From contig JAYGDX010000142.1 of assembly GCA_046582655.1 (NCBI GenBank), positions 1 through 17,782 on the forward strand: DNA of 17,782 bases, written 5' to 3'. Every line of letters begins with the position of its first letter. Position 1 is the stretch's first letter. Positions 9,288 to 17,683 of the stretch are shown here, one piece after another. The notes under the pieces were generated by a model. It made no database searches, was not told the DNA's origin, and saw nothing but the letters and a program-made list of their open reading frames with translations. A program made the position numbers and the translations under genes. Origin of the DNA: Candidatus Poribacteria bacterium. GTDB lineage: Bacteria > Poribacteria > WGA-4E > UBA9662.

Positions 9288-9593
9288 GAATCCCTCCACT
9301 CTCTCCATTGCCTAAACACACCAAACTGCTTCATACAACCAATTCTCGTGCCTTTATCGGAGGTTCCTACAGCCTTGATTTGACCGTTTGCCATCGCAGG
9401 AAAACCGGGGGTTCCCCTAGGTCCCCCTACAAATTGACAGCATCACCGATAGTGTAGTTATAGCCATTGGCATGCTGAATTACCTGGCAGTACTTGTATT
9501 TGGTTTCAAACTTCTTGGATTTGGCTTTAACACTGATGCTGCGCTTATCACTTGAATTCAGGAAATTTTTTAACCGCTTTAGCATCTTAAAGC

Positions 9594-11788
9594 TTATTCC
9601 TTAGGGGGAAAGCCGATAGGCAACCATATAGGTAGATTACTAACTGATTCTTGTAATGATTCAAATATAGGCATACCCATAATTGGAAAAATGGACCTAA
9701 GTTCTGCTTGACTACTTTCGAGAAACGAACCATCCATTGATCTCTCTTTTCCTGATCATTTTTAGGTCTTTGACCAGGAGATAACTCGTGATATTGGGCA
9801 AAGACATTTTTAAAAGCTTCCCAACCAAATTCCTGTTGCAGCTGATAATACATGTATAATGCTAGAAACGGGTTACTTTTCCACTGTTCAAATTGGCTCT
9901 CCTCTTTAAAATATACCCGATATTGTCTTTCTATGTCTGGTTGAGCCATTCGACCGGCTTCTGGTTTTATATTACAAAGCTTATCTAGTATATACATAGT
10001 GAATAAGTTAACAGTTACTTCACCTGTACCCTCAAAGGTCCAGTCTGGATTTTGGCACATATGCCCGGTCTCATGGTAAAAACCCCAGTTACCTTCATTA
10101 ATTAAATGGTTACTAGCCACTAGATTTTTGGCGCTGACGGATGGAATCATGATGGGGTTATCGGCGTGCATCCAACCAGCACAGAGTTGGACATCTGCAC
10201 AATACCTTTGCGGATAATCTCTAGTCTTGGGTAAGACGGCTAAATCAGCTGATAGATCTAAGACTCGATCTCAGGTCTGCATTAATAATTCGGGATTATC
10301 TAGCTCGCGTACTTCGGTGGCAGGAACGGTCAAGATGACTTTATCTGAAGCCAGTTCTGCCCAAGGAGCGGGTACATACCTGACTCGTTGAACCCAATCC
10401 TAAAGACTTGTTTGACCCAATTTATAATAAGGTGATTCGACTGCGCCATCTATTGTTACTGTTATTGATCCATCATGAGTTGCCTCAGTAACTACGATGT
10501 AAATTAATCCGCCGAAAGAACTTGCAATTTTTGTCTCTGGTTGGGTTAATGGCCATTCATTAGTAATCTCTGGAGCCCGATTCCATACTGATTTATTCCA
10601 TAGTTTGCATGTGGTTGATCCCATACGTACTTTTATTTTTTTCCCAACGGCAGTTGGAGGTAAATGGACATGGATCATTTGACCTGCATCTGCAAACAAT
10701 CCCAGACTATGCCAGCCCACGATTGAGGTATCGACTTTTACGCTTCGCTTAATTGATGGTGTTCCCGCTGGAGAAATACCTGGAAATATTTTAGCGGATG
10801 AATGTGCCTTTATGTCTTTGGCAGCTAAACGTCTTGATTGACGAATTTCTTCCGACATAGCTAACCGTTGCAAGATATCTCTCTCCGTAATTGGTTCATC
10901 TGGAGAAGGATTCTGTTGATTGATATCACCGCCTAGAACCTTTTCTAGCTTGGGACGAAAGATTTGGTCGCCAATTGGAACACAGTTGGCTGCTGTTGTT
11001 AGGATATTAGATAAGATTAAAATTTCTTGATTACTAATTTTTGATTGATCCGCAGCTTTTTGAACTAATGAGTCAAGTGCGAAATATGCATTGGTACTAG
11101 ATGAAGGAAGCGGTTGAGCCAAAAAACCGTCTTGGATAGTATCAGAAGTAAAACCATTGGCGAAAACCAAGCCCACTGAAGCATAAAAGACATTTCCAGT
11201 GAAGTCAGTACTCAGCTGTTGATCTGGATTAAGTTGTTGCCACCCCCAGCCAGTAGCTGAATCAATGATTGCACCGCCCTGTTTTAACCAATGAATTATC
11301 TTTATTTGTTGGTTCTTAGAAGCTTTTTCTACACCGCCAATCAGCACATCGACGGCAGCGAAATTATCAATTTTGATAGATTTTGTTTGAAACCCAAGAT
11401 TATTTAAATAACTGACTAAGTAGGGATTGTTAACAACTCCCACCTTGGGTTTAGGTTTTCTACCTGTCCATTTAATAGAGTTAATCAGCAGGCGTCCTGT
11501 ATCGGCACTTTCGATCGAGTCTTTGTTGAAAAATCCATCGTGTCCCCAAAGCAGGACCCGACCAGTGTGGTACTTGGCACCAGCAACAACTACTTGCCCC
11601 TTTTTATCTTGAATAACGCCAAAAGTATTTGGGCCAAAAACAGAAATATTACCTGGGATTCCAGGACTGGAAATTTGATTTACACCTACGGTCAGCGTTT
11701 TTAGATCAGAGTTTTTATCCATATCTGCATATGAGGAAAAATTCAGCATTAACTGAAAAAATAAAAATACTAAAGCAAAAATTAGCAT
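9594..11788 (-). pseudogene. Secreted M60-like (TCAF/FAM115-related) zinc metallopeptidase, disrupted
   Basis: Signal peptide; GWHSLGLFA, PAPWAELASD, WGFYHETGH...GEVTVNLF (HExxH plus downstream E). ORFs 10400..11788 and 9587..10171 are in one frame separated by TAG 10400-10402 and TGA 10271-10273. Correcting a 1-bp deletion near 9677 gives WGMPIFESLQESVSNLPIWLP ending at 9594. Confidence 0.88.
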
Positions 11789-12009
11789 TATGTGTACACC
11801 TATAACTGCATTTCATGGGAGTACATTCTTGAGTTGTCGGATGGGTTGAATGCACTAGTTAATAGTTGCCCCTAATCCTGGCAAGCCAGAAGCAGGTTTT
11901 TTAATCCGATCTTTGGAATGCAAGTTGAGCCAATTTATTCCAAATGGGTTCTAAAAATCTGGCCAAATTCTATTTTCATTTAAAATACTTCTTACATCAA
12001 TTAGACAGT

Positions 12010-12279
12010 TTATATCCAAGGAATGAAAGAGCCTATTTCACTCTGAAAAGTTTTACCATTTAAGTTGCCGCTAATCACGCCTCCATCCTCAGCTTTTGAT
12101 AAAAACTGAAACGCTTGCGAAGCGCCACCCTCTAATCGTTCTATTTTAAAATCATGACCTCCCGCCTTAATTCGGATTTGTTGCCACTCATTGGTTCCAC
12201 CGTTTACCGATTTTAAATCATTTTTCGCACACCCCGCCAACAGCACTGCTACAATTATTGCAATTAGTATTTGTTTCAT
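12010..12279 (-). CDS. Small hypothetical lipoprotein
   Basis: MKQILIAIIVAVLLAGC has a canonical lipobox (LAGC); 89 aa. Confidence 0.65.
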   Translation of the reverse strand: MKQILIAIIVAVLLAGCAKNDLKSVNGGTNEWQQIRIKAGGHDFKIERLEGGASQAFQFLSKAEDGGVISGNLNGKTFQSEIGSFIPWI

Positions 12280-12986
12280 AACTAGCCCAAAGTTCAGCTT
12301 AATTATTTATTTTTTGCAATGTTTTCCTTAGCGCCGGAACACCAGATAACCGGAGTTCCACATGAACCATACTGATCTACAATCCCATCATATCAGACAT
12401 GACAAAATCCATCAATTCCAGCTTCCATCAATCTGTGGCACTGCAAAAACCCAAAGGGTTTGGCAGAATCAATCTATTCTGAACTCCAAGGCATGGTGCA
12501 GACGCTGAGTAAACTAGATATCTAGGAAATAGGAGATGAATACATCGACCATACTAGTAGCCCTTTGGGGCTCAAGTTTTGGATTATCTACGGCATTCTA
12601 TCACGCGGGGTAAAGCGGTGGGGTCGCTGTCAGCAATTGGTTCTGGCGAGTTGATTAGTGACTGTCCTGTCTATACCAAGTTGCACCCTTCTGGATGGGG
12701 GGATGTACTTCCATGTTTGGCTATAGTTATATGATACCCCACAAGGGGTGGACCGCCGTGGCGAATAGTGCGCAAGGCTTCTAGTGAAGGCTTACCATAG
12801 TTTGCCGCTATCAAAGGTGATATCTGTATGGTGTCACCTTCCTTATTTCCAGTGGTTCAACCTTCCTGAAAATCAAGATAAAATCCGGGTTTATCTGGTT
12901 GATGAATATTGCTAATCCCATATTTTAGCGACTACGATCCATTACTGGAATGTATAGGTAAGTCCCGTATAAAGAAGTATCGAGAA

Positions 12987-13423
12987 TTACTTTAAAGCCA
13001 CCTTCCAACCACCTGCACCATGTAAACTCGGACTGCCATCATCTACCATACCCTGATATCTTGTCATTAGCATTTTGCTCGGATCAGTGGCGACTTCATG
13101 CACCATCTGCCAAGTGATTTCTTTTGGTGAAGGCTTGACATACTTTGGCCCGTCTTTGCCATGGCGTATCTTTTTGGCCTGCCGACTGACCGATGTTAAT
13201 ATAAAAGAATCGCTTGCTGGGAGCACCCCGGGCGAAAGGACCAGTGAAATTTGGTTTTTTAGTTCGTTGGTTAGGTTTGACAATAGTCTGAAATTCAAAA
13301 ACAATATCATCCCCCGTAGACATACGTGGTAGAAACGAAACGTCCGTTATCATCCTGCAAGCAATAAAGCACGCCATTGGGAGGCTTGAGGAGAACAATG
13401 CGAAGTGTGACTTGACATTCCAT
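12987..13423 (-). pseudogene. DUF5990-family protein with two frameshifts
   Basis: Three frames join into MECQVTLRIVLLKPPNGVLYCLQ / GDDIVFEF...PNFTGPFARG...RFFYINIGQSAGQKDTPWQRRAKV / ITWQMV...DDGSPS...GGWKVALK; shifts near 13325 and 13135. Confidence 0.78.
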
Positions 13424-13675
13424 TATTGAGTGCCTTTATCATAGTTAGTAAAGAATACATGCAAATCCATATTATATCAGACCTATATCTAGAGTTTAGA
13501 GGTACAGAAGTAAATGCCATTACTGTCCTTTCATCAGCATCAGTACTACCATCCCAATAGATGGATTCTATTAGCTTAAATACTTGTACGAACAAACAAT
13601 TATATCCCCTAACCCACACCTCACCATTTCAACAAGTCTGCATGCGGTAGTAACATTTACAATGCCCTGTACACT

Positions 13676-13834
13676 TGTTACATTACTGGGTATGCACAGT
13701 GAATATGCGGGACTCGAACCCGCACGCGCGACCCCACACGCTGCTAACGGTTGTACAACTTAACCCAGTTGACGGGTTATGCACACCCTTGCCTCATGGC
13801 TAACAGCGGTATCCATTATTCCAGTAACTCAACA
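13676..13834 (-). ncRNA. Candidate structured RNA with a tRNA-like T-arm (unclassified)
   Basis: T-arm GCGGG-UUCGAGU-CCCGC (13707-13723), outer helix 13821-13834/13676-13689 and nested helices whose G-U pairs form only on the minus strand. Confidence 0.55.
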
Positions 13835-13988
13835 CGCCAATTAGCTCCCTGTATTCTGTCGTCCAGTAGTCCAGCCCTTCCTTCATGAAGGGTTTGTGGA
13901 CAGCCACGACGATGTGGTTGACGCCGGTCTGGACGGTGAATTTGAGGTTGTCGTCGGAACAGTCACTCATTTGATATGCGGGATACAT
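13800..13988 (-). pseudogene. Truncated N-terminus of a mannonate-dehydratase-like paralog
   Basis: MYPAYQMSDCSDDNLKFTVQTGVNHIVV...DYWTTEY parallels the UxuA N-terminus (compare RQCGVECAV...PWSY in 16101..17123). Similarity ends near 13850; starts 14 bp after the PhyH stop. Confidence 0.55.
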
Positions 13989-14002
13989 AAATTCTCTTTC
14001 AT

Positions 14003-14833
14003 TTACTTTTTTCGTCGGTCGTTGCCCAAGATCCAGACGTCTTGGAAGAACTTCTGACGTTCCTCAGACAGACCGCCGATCACTGCCGGATTCATGCAGG
14101 GCTTGGGTTCATGGAAGCGAACCGTCACGTGGTTGTAAGCAATCAGGATGGCGAGGCGAGGGTTGTCTGGATTTGTCCAATCAGACCCCGTGTGCCGCAC
14201 GCCTTCTGAGAACACGACGAGGCTTCCCGGCGGACATCCATAGGTCTCCCAAACTCCTGAGTCAGGATGGTCCGCTTGCTCAGGCCACGTCCCATCCTGA
14301 GCTGAGGCCAGATTGGCTTTATGCGAGCCTGGAACCAAGCACGTGCCGCCCTGCCATTTTTTGACTTCGTTCAGTTCCCAAACAATGCGCGTCATGCCGC
14401 TGTAGATGCGACCGTTGTGAAAACGATACGAAAAGGAAGGTTGGAGATTCGTCCCGCCCACGTGTGGTCGCCATTGATTCCCCGTGTTTCCGGCAGAACG
14501 GCTGGAAATGAAGATGCTTTCGAGACGGATACACTCCCGTCTTGGGTCGATTACCTCCTGCAAGATACCCATGACCCGTGGGTTGTCAATGAGGAATTCC
14601 GCCGGTCCGGCAATCGGTGCCCGATGATGTTCGGGAAGGCTTTCGGGGTTTTTCGCGTAGATTTCAGTGTGCTCGCGCACTGTTCGGATTTCCTCGTCGG
14701 TGAGGACGTTTGGGATGACGAGAAAGCCCTTGAGGTCAAAGAGAAACTTTTCGTAATCAGACATGGGATGAATTTGGGTCGGCTCAGGGTGAGCCGAGTC
14801 CGGGGAAATTGCAGTTGCATTTATAGCATTCAT
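14003..14833 (-). CDS. Phytanoyl-CoA dioxygenase (PhyH) family protein with HxG motif
   Basis: EKFLFDLKGFLVIPNVL, GGTCLVPGSHK, PGSLVVFSEGVRHTG, PRLAILIAY; first metal motif reads PHVGG; GGAGG RBS. Confidence 0.88.
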   Translation of the reverse strand: MNAINATAISPDSAHPEPTQIHPMSDYEKFLFDLKGFLVIPNVLTDEEIRTVREHTEIYAKNPESLPEHHRAPIAGPAEFLIDNPRVMGILQEVIDPRRECIRLESIFISSRSAGNTGNQWRPHVGGTNLQPSFSYRFHNGRIYSGMTRIVWELNEVKKWQGGTCLVPGSHKANLASAQDGTWPEQADHPDSGVWETYGCPPGSLVVFSEGVRHTGSDWTNPDNPRLAILIAYNHVTVRFHEPKPCMNPAVIGGLSEERQKFFQDVWILGNDRRKK

Positions 14834-14857
14834 AGAAAGCCTCCGTAGTTACGATTC

Positions 14858-15709
14858 TCAGTTCCAAGGTTCTAATCCCAGCAATCTCTTGCCCAAATCC
14901 GTCAACACAGCCGGTTTCTGATGCGTGTGTTCCCAGTCTCTCGGATCACCGGGCCAACGTGGCGTGGGACGACACGTCTGCCACCCGTTGATACGTTCAT
15001 CGGCTCCGCGCCACGTTGCTGGCGACATTGTGATGTACTGCGCCATACGCGGTTTATCCGACCGATTGTGACCGTTGCCGTGCGCCAGCAACCGATGCCA
15101 GATTAACAGATCGCCCGCTTTGCCTGGAATGGACTTCACCTCAAACCCCATCAGATCTGGTCGTCGAGAATTTCGATCTTCGGGCTGTGTTTTCACCCAT
15201 TCGTCAAAGAGCCTGTGAAAGCCCGCCACACACTGGAATCCGCCCTGATCTTCGGCCGTATCCGTCAAATACAACACCCCCTGCACGCCAAAAGGCACTT
15301 TTTCCACAGATGTATCCGTGTCCCAATGGATCATCCCTCTGCTTTGCCAATCGGGTTTGTCTGCCCGGGCGGGCGGTTTCATATTGGCACGGTCTAGAGA
15401 CACCCACAATTCTTCTGTGCCCCAAATTTCAGAAAACGCCTGATGCACCTTTGGATATTGCCGATTGTCCCACAACGTCTGATGCTGATAAATTTCAACC
15501 ATACCGGCTGCGGAAATGGGGGAACATTTATTTGCATGGGTATATGGTTTGTACCTGTACCAGTCTTCTGGATTGTCGCAGTCTATCTCCAGAAATTCCC
15601 ATATCGCATCTACTGTGGCATCCAGATTTACTTGTGGTACAGCATTGTGTACCACCACATACCCGTTCTCATTCCAAAAATCCCAATCTTGTTTGCTCAA
15701 AACTCGCAT
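14858..15709 (-). CDS. Phytanoyl-CoA dioxygenase (PhyH) family protein
   Basis: FWNENGYVVV, IHWD (HxD), QGVLYLTDT..QGGFQCVAGFH, AGDLLIWHRLLAHGNG, PRMAQYITM; AAGGAG RBS. Confidence 0.9.
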   Translation of the reverse strand: MRVLSKQDWDFWNENGYVVVHNAVPQVNLDATVDAIWEFLEIDCDNPEDWYRYKPYTHANKCSPISAAGMVEIYQHQTLWDNRQYPKVHQAFSEIWGTEELWVSLDRANMKPPARADKPDWQSRGMIHWDTDTSVEKVPFGVQGVLYLTDTAEDQGGFQCVAGFHRLFDEWVKTQPEDRNSRRPDLMGFEVKSIPGKAGDLLIWHRLLAHGNGHNRSDKPRMAQYITMSPATWRGADERINGWQTCRPTPRWPGDPRDWEHTHQKPAVLTDLGKRLLGLEPWN

Positions 15710-15749
15710 GACATATCTCTCCTTGTTTGCAAAAGTCTGGATAGTTCTT

Positions 15750-16028
15750 TCAAATTTCCCGCTTTGTCAAATACAGCATGGCGTGCCATTGGAAGGGAGC
15801 GGAAAACGTCCTGCTACCACGCACCATCTCGCTCAGTACGTTCTTTCCGGTCTCCGGATTGAACCATTCTGCCGCAAGTTCCCCGGACGCCTCCGACAGA
15901 TCCACCTCGACCTGCCCGCTCTCAATTCCTTGACACCCGATTTCTGCAATCTTTAAGAGCGTTCCCCAGTAATCCGCTGCCATCTCGTCCCGCAAAATAA
16001 TGGGAATCATTCCTATCTGCACGGTCAT
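15750..16028 (-). pseudogene. In-frame chimera: sugar-phosphate isomerase/epimerase N-terminus fused to a collagen-binding-like C-terminal domain
   Basis: AGGAGG then ATG 16028; MTVQIGMIPIILRDEMAADYWGTLLKIAEIGCQGIE (xylose-isomerase-like TIM-barrel start) joined to GQVEVDLS...AEWFNPETG...RTFSAPF...AMLYL. Confidence 0.65.
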
Positions 16029-16100
16029 CTCACAACACCTCCTGTTCATGGTCGAAACGTAGACGCCCTTTTCGGCTGAAAGGGCGTCCAAAACCTCAAG

Positions 16101-17123
16101 TCATCTACGCTCCACGTAAACCGCTTCCCGCAATCCCTTCAAGTACCCGACCGCAAAAAGTCGAGCGATCCCGTGTTCATCGTTGAAACCCGCATCCCCC
16201 ATCTTTGGATAGTGGTCGGGTCGGCATACACCATCAAACCCGATATCCCGGTATGCTCGCAAACACTCGACCAAATCTGTATGGCCATCATCGTGAAACG
16301 CCTCTTCAAACTTCTCAGGTTTGCCCTGCACATCGCGGATGTGTAAAAAGTGAATCTTCTTCTGTTGTCCAAAATGTCGAATGACCGAAGGCAGGTTGTC
16401 AGTCATCAACGTAAAGTTGCCTTGACATATGCAAACCCCGTTCATTGGGCTCGGAACCAGGTCAATGAGCTTCTGATAGTTGTCAACACTGCTCATAATG
16501 CGGGCAATCCCACGAATGGGTGAAAGCGGTGGGTCATCTGGATGCATCGCCAGCTTGACATTGGCTTCTTCGGCAACAGGAACCACGCGCTCTAGGAAAT
16601 ACTTCAGGCAATCCCACTGTTGTTCCTCAGTCACAGACGCAACAGAAGTCTCCTGCTCATCAAGCTGAACACCGTCGAGATTTCGTATCGGACGTTCTGC
16701 AGATTGCAGCATATCCAGGTCGAAGCCGCTCACTAGCGCTGCGCCCCGTGAAGATATTGACTGTGACGTCCGAATCACGCCCAAAATCGGCATCCATGCG
16801 TAACACCAGACGGGAATCTCAAGCCTTCCCATATTCCGAAGAAGCTCGCAGACGACCTCAATCTCTTCATCTCTTCCCGGCAAACCCAGCTTGATTTTCT
16901 CCATCGGTGGTCGTGATTCAATGACAGCCAGCGGAATGCCATACGCTTCATACGCACGCTTTGCTTTCGCTAGCGGTGTGTAGCTCCAGGGCTGTTCGTC
17001 CGATGTTGCATCCGGTTTGGGTCGTAAACTGATACCACCGACAGCACACTCTACCCCACACTGTCTCATAAGCGTCCATCTCTGACCTGCCAGCGGCGAC
17101 GCCGATATGGCAATTTTCAACAT
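16101..17123 (-). CDS. uxuA: Mannonate dehydratase family protein
   Basis: KIKLGLPGRDEEIE, YFLERVVPVAEEANVKLAMHPDDPP, CQGNF, KIHFLHIRDVQG, FHDDG, RPDH; AAAGGAG RBS. Confidence 0.92.
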   Translation of the reverse strand: MLKIAISASPLAGQRWTLMRQCGVECAVGGISLRPKPDATSDEQPWSYTPLAKAKRAYEAYGIPLAVIESRPPMEKIKLGLPGRDEEIEVVCELLRNMGRLEIPVWCYAWMPILGVIRTSQSISSRGAALVSGFDLDMLQSAERPIRNLDGVQLDEQETSVASVTEEQQWDCLKYFLERVVPVAEEANVKLAMHPDDPPLSPIRGIARIMSSVDNYQKLIDLVPSPMNGVCICQGNFTLMTDNLPSVIRHFGQQKKIHFLHIRDVQGKPEKFEEAFHDDGHTDLVECLRAYRDIGFDGVCRPDHYPKMGDAGFNDEHGIARLFAVGYLKGLREAVYVERR

Positions 17124-17182
17124 GATAATCTCCTTTCATCGTTCAAGTGTAAATTCTAGATTTCATCCAGTTAATACAATGC

Positions 17183-17581
17183 TCAATCAAAAAAACCTAC
17201 ATCTTCTTCCTTCAGATACGGCTTCGTTGCCTCTAGAATCAAATTCACCCTCATTCCCGGACGCTCCCACACCTCAATAGCGCCGTCTTTCACAATCGGA
17301 TCTGGCAAACCCTCTGGGGAAGACAGTCTCGTCGTTGCAAACAGCACAACATAAGTTAGCCCCTTCAACTTGGCTCCACTTAGATTGGCCCCGCTCAAGT
17401 CGGCATTCCTCAAATCAGACCCCACCAAGCAAGCCTCCCTCAGATCCTGGTGACTGAAGTCTTGACCGCTCAAGTCTTGCCAGCTCAGAGAACTCCCTTC
17501 AACTGCCAAGTCGGTACCACTCAAGTTAGCATTTGGTTCTACTTCATACTCCTTACCATCAAAGCCAGTTACGACCATCAT
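17183..17581 (-). CDS. Pentapeptide-repeat protein, possibly chimeric
   Basis: GKEYEVEPNANLSG followed by QDLSG QDFSH QDLRE ACLVG SDLRN ADLSG ANLSG AKLKG, then an unrelated tail. Confidence 0.75.
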   Translation of the reverse strand: MMVVTGFDGKEYEVEPNANLSGTDLAVEGSSLSWQDLSGQDFSHQDLREACLVGSDLRNADLSGANLSGAKLKGLTYVVLFATTRLSSPEGLPDPIVKDGAIEVWERPGMRVNLILEATKPYLKEEDVGFFD

Positions 17582-17653
17582 CCCACCGTATAATGTTGTT
17601 GCCGTTCATTTTCAAAGTACCTACTGCGCACCCGGCTGTTGAACCAGCCTAGG

Positions 17654-17683
17654 TTTTCTGATAGTAACTTTTCTGATAGTAAC
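17654..17683. repeat. Perfect 15-bp tandem duplication
   Basis: TTTTCTGATAGTAAC occurs twice back to back. Confidence 0.95.

Noticed and set aside
9434..9465. Sigma70 promoter starting at TTGACA
   Set aside because: No good -10 box at 16-18 bp spacing and no plus-strand gene downstream.
9594..11788. Stop-codon recoding (TGA as Trp, TAG readthrough) suggested by in-frame stops here and at 951-1259
   Set aside because: Intact genes in the window end in TGA (5898, 14858, 16101), conserved Trp positions are hit by both TGA and TAG, and frameshifts co-occur. Decay explains it better.
11870..11905. Cobalamin riboswitch, from AAGCCAGAAG
   Set aside because: The rest of the B12 box and the upstream core motifs are absent.
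12320..12980. Possible remnants: cold-shock-like (KPFGFLQC...GFCH, minus), class-III aminotransferase-like (QTLSK..GDEYID, plus) and a hairpin at 12814-12840
   Set aside because: Too short and degenerate to assign without BLASTX.
13728..13748. raiA-motif RNA, from the GCGUGUGGGGUC resemblance
   Set aside because: Only a short recalled similarity; the other conserved raiA segments were not seen. Needs cmscan.
13690..13790. Functional tRNA gene (Leu/Tyr/Sec)
   Set aside because: The T-arm is canonical but there is no sound 7-bp acceptor stem, anticodon stem-loop or CCA end.
14173..15956. Many overlapping plus-strand and alternate-frame ORFs (also 302-487, 3083-3385, 3674-3877, 4470-4682, 5424-6035, 7264-7473, 13075-13332)
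   Set aside because: They overlap well-supported genes or the IS and carry no recognisable motifs.
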